A stretch of 61,208 nucleotides of DNA, counting the filler, from Basidiobolus ranarum (Eukaryota), in NCBI GenBank assembly GCA_040143965.1. It is 6 parts of 6 records of this genome, joined end to end, with 100 filler letters (N's around TTAATTAATTAA, not from the genome) between each part and the next. Parts side by side here need not be neighbours in the genome. Positions count along the whole stretch, not along the records: positions 51,114 to 61,208 come from JASJQH010007616.1; 5 more parts are not named here. One strand, 5' to 3'. The position numbers were made by a program, and so were the translations under genes. The notes below the pieces were generated by a model. The model searched no databases. It saw only the letters and a program-made list of their open reading frames with translations, and was not told the DNA's origin. Of the stretch, positions 51,114 through 61,208 are shown piece after piece. Positions within the stretch are counted from its first letter, which is position 1; each line of letters opens with the position of its first letter.

Positions 51114-54100
51114 CTACGACGACAGTTTTTTCCCCACTGACAGCAGTCCCATAATTACCCTCAATGATGAGGATGAAGATTACAACGGCAAGATGATTAC
51201 CATGACCGAGGTACTAGCCTCATATTAGCCAACGATAAAAATATTTCTAGTCACTTCCCCTATCGCCACAATAATATTGTAACAGTGTACGTTTTTCTCA
51301 TGATATTGCGATATGGCCAACTAACCCACAGAAGGCAATCGAATATTTAGTACCAACAGGCAGAGTGGACCCACCTCTCCTGCCAGTACGGTTGTGTCAC
51401 AGAACATCAGTATATGTATTTTCGCTAAAGCAAATTTCAGTAACTACAATATTTCTAGTTTCCCCTCTACTTCAGAGCTTTGTCCCGTAATGTAAAATAA
51501 TTAAAAGAAAGATTTCAACGAAAAGAGGGATCCCACACATGTAACTAGTACGATAATAAACATGGAGACAGTGAGAGTGGAATTACAATTAATTAGTCCT
51601 AAACTGAGGTTGATACCGAGTGGAACATCGACTTGTCTCAAGGAGCTCACTTTATTTGTTAAATATAGATTGGAGTGGTTCGTCAGCTGAGCTGGCATTC
51701 AAGGCCAAATAACTGATCACAATACTAAGCCAGATGGTTTCTAGATGAGCCAGCTCAATATATGGATTGAATAGGAAGTAAAGAGAGGATTTCATTGGAC
51801 GGCAAGGCTCGGAACGTATGGTGATATTTCGACTTAGTAACTTCTCCAATTTGACGGAATACTAGCACTAGCCCACACTGTATACCTACGTACAAAATTT
51901 CATTAAACTTATTTCGATACGTTTTTCCATTTGCACACAAGGATTGTACGTGTGGTACAGATAACTGTGTCACCAGCCTAACAAGACTTTTATTTGGGGG
52001 AGCTTCGATTAGCTTGCAGCTGATTTTATGGTCTATTCTATCGACTCTAAGTTAAGGAGCGCTTCGTTGGGTGTCGTTATGGCAACATGCACTAACATAG
52101 AAAAAGGTGAGACATTCCAAAAGCAGCGTCTTACTAATCAAATACCATGAAAGTGGGCCAATCCTTTTATGTTGTGCAGTATACGCAGGCTCGGTATTGA
52201 GGTTGAGGCAGGAGAGAGGCAATCTAGACACAGATGAAAATCCGCTGTAACCGAGGCTTCGAAGGTTCATCGACGCAGTACATTGTGGTAGTACAGTCAT
52301 TTGAGCGTATATCCAACAATTAAGCTAAATGAATCATCAGTACCCGGGCCAAACCATAGGCTTAAGTTCAGGTAAGCGTTTTAACATCCATATTCCGCGC
52401 AAGTTTTCAATGCTTGGGATATTCACATTGTCTTATGAACTGGGTTCAATCGATAATTGCCCAAATAGGTGTGTACATGTTTCTAGTAAGATCCTAACAG
52501 CTAGTTGGTTTGAATTGAAATATTACGTGACTGTATGTCTCCAGCTTCTGTAGCAAAGAGCGAATATGTCATTAGACTTTCCGCTTACGGAACAAGCCTG
52601 CTTCATCTTACACATTTGAAATAGACCCATGTATATAGAGAAATCGCCAATTATGGGACTGGGGATTTCCAACTAAGGGAGCTGGTGTTGAAACCAGAAG
52701 TAATGGAGGAGGAAGCTCCTCTTATGCAAGTATCTCCTTTTTCATTAACTAATGTACTACCTCGTAAAACCATTACTGTGACGAATACCAAATTTGTACT
52801 TAATGCCCTATCCATTCACCTCGAGTATCGATTGACAGTACACAATCTTGGTCAGCATATACTAGATTGCATACTAGGTTCTCGTAACTTTGTTCGCCAT
52901 GGAATCAAATCTGATCTCAACTACCTGTACCAGGTCACCTTGGTATTGCTGGTAATATACTTTTAATATGTTCATAAGTACGATCTCCGACATATGGGGC
53001 TCGATCTAGATCTAAGCTCAATATGGCGAAATGCGGAAATCGAAAGCTATTTACCAACGGAAGATATGCCATAAATATATTTGTTTGTGTCCCTTGCAAT
53101 GACACAGGAGATGAAAGATATCAAAGCCATGCTTTCTATTTGTGTAGTAATTGAATTGAATATCACGAACATTCATACATCTTCACATCTGAAGCTAAGC
53201 ATTGGATGCGACTGTTTTCTGAAGCTGATTAAAAGTCATAGATCCGTAGGAGTGAGATAGGTGATTATTCCTGCTACTGGGCTGAATACCAGGAGTCAAC
53301 ATTGCCTATAGTCAGCACGTTGGTCACTCAAATTGCTGTTGTAAGGGCTAGCTCTAATATAGTCAAATTAAATGTTGTACTAGCGAAGCTCATTGTGGCT
53401 GATTTGAAGATTAATCGTAAATTGGGCTTCAGTTAATTCATTTCCCCGAGAACGATCAAGTGAGCGCCAGCAAAACTAATTGGGAAGTTGCACAGAGCTA
53501 CTTGGGAACATGAAATTCGTCATAGCTTCAGCATCTAGTGGTGTAGACTGTTCTGTGTAAGGATGAGATAGATTGTATTTGACAATACGTATATTATTTA
53601 TCGCATTTTACCTACAATTCCCGATGATAACTTCATATCGGCCTTATTAATGAGTCTTAATTTGGCATCCTGTTCTGTGACTCAAAGCAGACCAATGTAA
53701 GTTTCTACTCACAATAAGAGTCATACAAATAAGTCTCAACCACGTCAAGTGGTCAAACCTTAGTGAGGAACCAAACTCAATGGAATCAACCAGTTCATTT
53801 GTGAAATATTGAAGTTTGAGATGAGGGTACCTCTGTATATCCATCATAGTAACGTGATGTAGATTGTAGCCTGACCAAACTCTCTTGTCGGAAGATAGTT
53901 ACATTAACAGAGAACACTTAACTTGATTATGGGGAGGATTGAGAAGAGTGATCCTAATAATATCTTTTTTGAAAAATATAATTATGTAGTCCATATATTG
54001 GGATTTCCCATCGCTGAGATAACCTTGAAAAATTCAGTAGTTATACATCTTTACTGCTACACATACATCTCAGCAACTATAGAGGTGCTTCATTAGTGCG

Positions 54101-55490
54101 CTGTTGTATATCACATACATTACTGATTTTTCTGAAGGCAATGGATTGTTGCAGCTCTGAATCGGCTGATAGTACTCCATTCATCATAATGCTGCTACTG
54201 TAGTGGACGTAAGACTCACCATCTTCTCCCTCCAAAAAGTTTATGGCTATGCAATATATTCTTGAAAATTGTGCTGGCTGCTACTCTCTGACATTAAAGT
54301 ATATTTTTTTGTGGGTAAAATCCAAGAAAATCAATGAGCTGAGCTGTATGTAGTAATAAAAAGCAAGCTATAGATCCTTGTCTGGTTACTTTTTCATGCA
54401 ATGCACATGGAGAGAAAGTATCAATAGCTTGAATCCCCAACCATATGCTGCCATCGAATATGGCCAGTAATATTATATCAGCTAATAAAAGTACTTATCC
54501 AGCTCTGATTTATTTGTGTATTCACCAATTCCTCTTGATGGCAAGGTGCGCAGTACCACGTGAGTAGTGGACTTACAATGAATTATCAATGAAAGATAGT
54601 TGTATATATATAATAGGCCTGTAACTATGTTTCCCAGAACTCAAATTTCAGGTATCTAACATATGACAGTTGAAGTTCTATGATCTTTATTACTGAGACT
54701 GGACACGGGCTCCTGAGCACATTTGGAGTCAACTTTGTTTCCTGAACCATACAAGGTGAGCATATTACTTCAGGCCCTTCACAAGCCTCAGCCCCAGTAC
54801 CCTAGTACATTGGTTTCTTGATTAGCCTTGACATGAACATGATCCAAAGTGGCATTCTTTAAAACTGACCTATTAGCAGTACAGTTGTTGAATATCTTTA
54901 GCAACATTGCCCATATGGAATTCCCTTCTCTTGACCGCAGTTGTGGATACTATCAAAGAAGCATCCCTCCTCTTCAAGTATGCACCTTGCTGCAGGATCT
55001 TTGAAACAACATTCAAATGTCTCTAGTAAGGATTCAAACTGTTGTTTCTAAACCTTTATTGCAGGTGTCTGGTGTATAGCTAATAGTCTCATCCCAGCCT
55101 AGCTACGGCGCTATTGGGCTAAAAGAATCAAACCCGCTGTGCCAATCGCTATTCCTTGTGTTGCCAATTTCTCCGATGGTTTTGGTGTCCATTGATTGGA
55201 GTTGCTACGCTAGCTCAGCTAAATTCAGTATGTGATCTCCACTTATTGCTAGATATTGGATATGATAAGATTCTTGGTCCAGCAACCAATGACCAAAACG
55301 GTTCTACCAATGATCTACTCATTATTTGGATCATGCAGTTGAATGGCACCATATCTACAATAGGCCGTAATTTTGTCAGATACATTTCGAGTCACATGGC
55401 CAGTATCATAGCTCTCCACTATGTTTCGATTTTGTGATGGACTTCTAATAATCCCAATCCGTGGTTTCATCGCCACTACTTGGACCAGTT

Positions 55491-55499
55491 ATGAGTCAT
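55491..55499. promoter_or_regulatory. Perfect Gcn4/CpcA (AP-1-type) site ATGAGTCAT upstream of TRP4
   Basis: Exact 9-mer ~290 bp before the TRP4 ATG; one-mismatch ATTACTCAT at 55710-55718. Confidence 0.6.
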
Positions 55500-55781
55500 T
55501 ACTTATCAATGATGACACGACTTGGTATATCAGGTCTAAATCAGCGAGATCCGAAGGTTGCACTAACGAATAAATGTTGCTCTATTGCTATTGATTGGCC
55601 TTAGTAGCCTGACTTGGATAGAGGGTAGAAATTGACTTTAAATTCGGAGCCGTGCTTCACAGAGCTAACCCACAGTTCGGCAAATTCGTTTTCGTTTTAA
55701 GGACATTGAATTACTCATTACTCGTACAGTTAACCTTTTATTATTTCATATTGTTTGCACATAAAAATATAGCTCTCTACT

Positions 55782-56987
55782 ATGACTTCAGCAACTTCAA
55801 AAAATAATGCTACACAAGCAATAATTAAGACTTTGGTTCATACTCCTGACGCATTTACCCCTGAAATGGCCAAAACCGCTATTACAGAAATTATGGAGCA
55901 AAGAGCGACTGCTGCTCAGATGGCAGCTTTCTTGGTTTCTTTACGCTTACAACACTTGGACCGTAAGCCTGAAATTGTGGCCGCTTGTGCCACCGTTATG
56001 CGTGACCACGCTTTGTATGTTGATTTCTCTTCACATCCCCAACTTACTTCTTCCATAGTAGATATTGTGGGTACCGGAGGTGACGGCCACAATACATTTA
56101 ATGTGTCTACTTCAGCCGCCATTATTGCTGCTGGCGCTGGGAGCAAAGTTGCCAAGGTAATATGATTTTGGCTTACCTCCATAGAATTTCATTATCAAAT
56201 GGTTGTACTCAACGTGTACTTTTAATAGCACGGAAACAGGGCCTCTTCTTCAAGCTCTGGTTCAGCCGATTTATTAGAATCTTTGTCCTGTGTGCTTGAA
56301 AATGTCACCCCTTCTAAGGTCCCGGAGATCATAGATTCCAGCAATTTTTGTTTTTTATTCTCACAAATCTATCACCCTGCTATGAGACATATTTCAGCTG
56401 CTAGGAAGGAAATTGGAGTACCTACTATCTTTAATATTCTTGGTCCGCTAAGCAGTCCAGCTAAGCCAGCTAGAATTGTTTTGGGTGTACATTCATACTA
56501 TCTTGGAAAGCTTGTTGCCGAGTCATTAAAGTTGATGGGAGTTGAAAAAGCCTTCGTTGTCAATGGAGCCGAAGGGTTAGATGAGATTAGCCCAGAGTTG
56601 GAGACACATGTAAGTTTCAAAAATTCTTTATCTCTTTGGTCTCAAGTGTACTCATCATTTTAAATATTGAAGTTATGGGAACTCTCTAATGGTGAGATAA
56701 CTGAAAGAAAAATTTCCCCAGATGACTTCGGACTTCCTCGGCATTCTTTAAGTTCGGTAGCTGGTGGAGACTCCACATACAACGCCAAGATTTTGAATGA
56801 AATCCTCGATAATAACTACGAAGGTCCAATCTTGGACTTTATATTGATCAACACTTCTGCCTTGCTTGTACTGGATGAGAAGGCGCCAGACTTTAAGCAG
56901 GGAGTTGCGCTAGCACGTGAATCAATTCGTTCTGGCAAGGCAAAGGAAGTATTGAAGGCCTTTGCTTTGGCCACTCAGTCTTCTTAG
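55782..56987 (+). CDS. TRP4: Anthranilate phosphoribosyltransferase (2 introns)
   Basis: DIVGTGGDGHNTFNVST; KVAK|HGNRASSSSSGSADLLE; RKEIGVPTIFNILGPL; GAEGLDEISP. Confidence 0.97.
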
Positions 56988-57471
56988 GTTTTGTTTTACT
57001 TCTTACATTTTGACAAAATAAATCCCGGACCTAAATCAATATCCCCTTGTCTCCGCTTCGATCATTGCTCTATCATCATATCAGCATCAAGATTCATTCT
57101 AGCCATGTTATTTGTAGTTGCAAACAACTATGAAGTGATTTTCTATGTTGATAGAGTGTTCGTAATAGCTTAGGCTTAGATTTAAGACTTGCTCTTGCTT
57201 ACTTTCTCCGCTAATATTCTATCGAGGTACATAAGCATAGTCATTTTCTATCCTTCCTCTCGATTAGTCGCACAAACTAAAATCATTTGGAATTATTATT
57301 AATTTGAGGTCTCTACTACTTATCCAAGATTATATTAGGGAATTCTCAGCCACCATGTTTTCTTCTAGATAATATAGTGCCTATCCATCTTCAATCCTTC
57401 CATTCCTGGAATCATTCGCATATATGTAATTATATATGCCGAAATAACCATTTCAATGTGACGTCAGATTC

Positions 57472-60400
57472 ATGGATATAATTTACACTAAGCTTGGCAA
57501 TTTTCTACCCACTAGTGGTTTCAAAGGAGTATTCCCAAAGTACACCCAAATGGTAGTTTCAAGTGAAAAAGCCACTTATTTAGAAGTAAAGTTATATGAA
57601 GCTAGAGGGTTGGCTCCTATGGATGAAGACACCGGTGAGTATCGAATATATATGGGAACTTTAACGAATAGGATAACCTTAGTAACAATCAAATACTTGT
57701 CGAATTTAATTCACTCCAGGTTCTTCCGATCCTTATGTAGTTATGACGGTAGGAAGTGGAAAAGGAGGACAGCGTGCTCAGTCAAAGATTATTCATGAGA
57801 ATCTAAACCCAGTATGGAACTCTAGTTTTAGATTGTTTTTATCTGAGGGTGATACTAAGGTTGTATTGAAGTGGCAAACATATTATGTAGCATTGACTTG
57901 TACTCATTTCTTTAAAAGATTAAGTTTACCCTGCTAGACCATGATTTCCTTTCTTCGGATGACCCTTTGGGTGAAGTAGAATATGACTTTTCTGAGTTAA
58001 CCTTGGATTCTCTAGTCAATGATTGGATGACGATTGACGGAAGTGAGGTAACCTATATAGATGAACTTTTTGAATGTTGTACGGTAGTTCTCACCTTGAT
58101 GTTATCAATGTTTCGTTTACCAGGAAGGAAAATTACACTTTGGTCTTCGTTTAGTTCAAGATAGTAAATAACTCCACAAATATTCCTTATCGAAGTACCA
58201 TTATAACTCCTATATTTTTGTCTTTAGATGGTAACGCAAAGTCACTCTTAGTCAATTCTACCAACGCCTCGGTAAATATTATTTTCTTGATTGACCCCAA
58301 GGATTCTCCAACTTATCAAGCATTCTTAGGCGAACCATCCATGGGCCGGAGCCATCTATCCACCAACTCAATTTGTTCCGTCAAGTGTTAACTTGCCTAA
58401 GGAATCACTTCAATTAGAGCATGTTTATGGATATCGTACTAGAGATTGTCGTAACAATATACGTACCTTACCTGACTCTAGTAATGAATCTCCAAAGCTT
58501 GTATATTTTGCAGGCTCAGTAGGAATAGTTCACGATGTTGTTTTAAACAAACAGCGATTCTTCTCCGGACATAATGATGATGTGATTAGCGTAACAGTAC
58601 ATCCGTCTGGTGAATATGTTGCTACTGGAGATGTAGCCTCAGTCATTGATCCTGAAGGTGGTGTCAAAGTACATATTTGGGAAACCAAAAATCCGGAAAA
58701 TCCACCAATAGTTACTTTAAAATGTGGTTCTGGAACTATATACAAAGGAGTTGTAGCAGTCACTTTTTCACCAGATGGAAAGTATTTGGTTGCCATTTGT
58801 AAAGATAAAGATCATACTGTAAGCAACAAGAACCCTTTCAACTGTCTAAAGATAATGTATATTCATATTTGTATTTACAGATTGAAATATTCGACTGGAA
58901 AGCAAGTACGGAACCTTTCACCTCAACTAGTGGTCACTCCGATTTGGTAACTTATTGGTCAATTTTCTGCTTGTATATCCGAGTATGAGATTAACATCTT
59001 GATAATGTATAATAGGTTCTTGATATAGTGTTTAATCCCTTTGACAAGACTGAATTCGCCACGTTCGGTGTAAAGCATATCAAATTTTGGAATTTTGACG
59101 AGAGTAAGCGAGTGTTGCGTGGCAAGAGAGGAGTCTTCGGACCGAACGGAAAGATTCAGGTAGTATTTCAAATAATTGTAATATCTAAAGCGTTGAGTAA
59201 TATATTTTAACAATACCCCTCCTAATGTAGACAGTGTTGAGTGCTTTATATGTTGACAAAGAAACTATCGCTACTGGCTGTATGGATGGTGATATATACT
59301 TATGGGACGTAGCAAAACGACAAGTCAAGAATATTGTCAGCAAAGCTCATAAAGTATGATATTTTCATTGATTTGGGAAGGCTATTGATTACTGACACAT
59401 ATATAATTTCAAAGGGGCCTGTTTTTGCCATGTGCTCAGGCAAAGCAAAGGACCTTTTTTACAGTAGTGGCAAAGACGGTAAAGTATTGCGACATCAATT
59501 GTCCAAGACGCCAACTCAGAAAGTAGTATGGGAAGGGGTTGGTAAGAGTGTGCGCGCTCTAACAAGAAGTGGGGAAACCTCCTTAGTAGTGGGTACTGAG
59601 GATTCAGTAATTCACTACTTGGATTTGATGAATTCCAAGAACTCAAGATCAATCACCAATGTTCGTATTACCATTTTTATTAGCACATTAAACTTGGTCA
59701 ATCTTGAGTACTAATTATGATATGATCTTCCTTACCAGGCTCATGACAGCTTCAGGATGAATGAGCTATGGGGCCTGGCTATACATCCCAACGCACCAGA
59801 ATTTGTCACTTGTTCTGATGATCAGGCAGTTGCTAGGTGGGATATGTCAGAGAAGAAACTGGTTGGTACCTTTGTAGCGGATACAAATATACCTTGATTA
59901 TTTACGGCTGTACTTTAGGTTCAAAGAGTGAATTTAGGTATTTCATTGCGTTCAGTAGCCATTCATCCCGACGGAAATCAAGTAGCTGTATCTGCTGTTA
60001 CAGATAAAGTGATTTCATTTTCATCTCAATATATATTAGTATCCCCTCATGCAAGCAACAGTTTTGTATTTACAAGCTTTTTTCAAGTTGTTTATCTTGA
60101 ATTTAGAAGGACTTTCCGTAGTTCATGAAATCGAACCAAGAAAGGTTGGAACGATGGATAACTGGCAACATGTTGTAAAGTACTCCCCAAACGGTGAGTA
60201 TCTTGCTGTCGGGGCATTCTCGGTAGACAACGGAATTGATATATATTCAACAAAAAATTGGAGGCTAGTTGGAACTTGTCAGGTATACAGGATTGTTTAA
60301 CTATCACTAGTAAATTTGTATGTATTCACCCTGTTGCAAATATATACAGGGACATTCAAGTCGAGTGATACGTATGGATTGGTCAAACGATTCACAATAC

Positions 60401-61093
60401 TTGCAATCGAATAGCATCGATTCAGAGTTACTATTCTGTAAGTAAATATATCTCTTTGGCCTATAAGTACTTACATTACCCTTAAAACCAAGTTACGATC
60501 GATTTACAATGATATAGGGAAACTTCCTTCATGCGAACAAGAAAAACACCCTTCGAAATTAGCAGATGTAGACTGGAACACTTTTGAATGCCCGATCGGT
60601 TGGCCGACTTTAGGTATTCAGGAAACTTGGATGAATGGGCGAGACGTAAATGATTACATGATACTAACTTTTCTAAGCATTCGAGTTTCTAAATTTCCCC
60701 TTTTTTTGTCCATTTCCGTTTGTAGATCTACGCGGTATCTAGAAGCCCGAGAATGAATCTTTTAGTTAGTGGAAACACACGTTCAAAAGTTAATTTGCAT
60801 ATCTACCCAGCGCACAAAGGGAATGTAAGAAAATCTAGACAACCTGTATATAGAAGAAATAGTTGGTTATCTCACACGTACTATTTACAATATGACACTT
60901 AGACTCCAGCGAAGACATATAGAGGTCACTCCTCTTATGTTACCAACGTGGCATTCTCCTGCAATGGTGAACACGTAATCTCCACTGGTGGTATGGATGG
61001 CTGTATCTTACAGGTAAGATAAAAGAATTTTTCTTTAGTTATCACTCATAAAGTAACACCATGACTTCTTTCTAGTGGAAAATAGTCGAATGA
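57472..61093 (+). CDS. C2-domain plus HELP/WD40 (EMAP-like, EML/TAPE) protein, many exons; start may be 57472 or 57550
   Basis: C2: LEVKLYEARGLAPMDEDT|GSSDPYVVMTVG...SKIIHENLNPVWN...LDHDFLSSDDPLG. HELP: PKESLQLEHVYGYRTRDCRNN...YFAGSVGIVHD...QRFFSGHNDDV. WD40: FATFGVKHIKFW, ELWGLAIHP, GHSSRVIRMDWS, GHSSYVTNVAFS...ISTGGMDGCILQ|WKIVE*. Confidence 0.88.
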
Positions 61094-61208
61094 ACCCTAA
61101 TCTCCAGAATTGGAGTATCAAATCCTACCAGCTTGGAGGTATCTTGATATCAGTAACATCCCATTATTCTATGCTCATTATAATATTACCACCATGTTGA
61201 ATCAAATA

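Noticed and set aside
51114-51228. Possible 3' end of a gene (…PIITLNDEDEDYNGKMITMTEVLASY*)
   Set aside because: Only ~37 codons at a contig edge, unidentifiable.
51230-55450. 4-kb gene-free stretch as a degenerate transposon
   Set aside because: No RT, integrase or transposase motif, LTR or TIR could be identified by eye; needs RepeatMasker or tBLASTx.

Overview
This is AT-rich, intron-containing eukaryotic DNA that looks fungal. The gene repertoire (EMAP-like protein, DNAJC11, three-UIM Rpn10) points to an early-diverging fungus such as Basidiobolus; that assignment is an inference only. The window is not one locus. It is six contigs of 10134, 10132, 10126, 10114, 10107 and 10095 bp, sorted by size and joined by artificial 100-bp N44-TTAATTAATTAA-N44 linkers. 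Recognisable genes are an RRM protein, a DUF6787-like membrane protein, DNAJC11 (partial), a prion-like/MIR-domain protein, a TMEM170-like protein, IDH1, an ERJ5-like J-protein (partial), TOA1, RFA3, RPL34, a SulP permease (partial), a PDK-family kinase, MAP2, RPN10, a DinB-like protein, TRP4 and a C2-HELP-WD40 EMAP-like protein. Five observations stand out. (1) Contig 3 is entirely an array of at least 10 copies (intact, partial, pseudogenised) of two related families of unknown small 4-TM proteins, mostly in head-to-head B/A pairs, with conserved non-coding elements and signs of sequence homogenisation. (2) A single in-frame TGA interrupts an otherwise intact MAP2. (3) A C2 domain is fused to an EML/TAPE domain. 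(4) TFIIA carries a perfect Taspase1-type site. (5) A perfect Gcn4/CpcA site lies upstream of TRP4. Exon boundaries were read by eye and are approximate.
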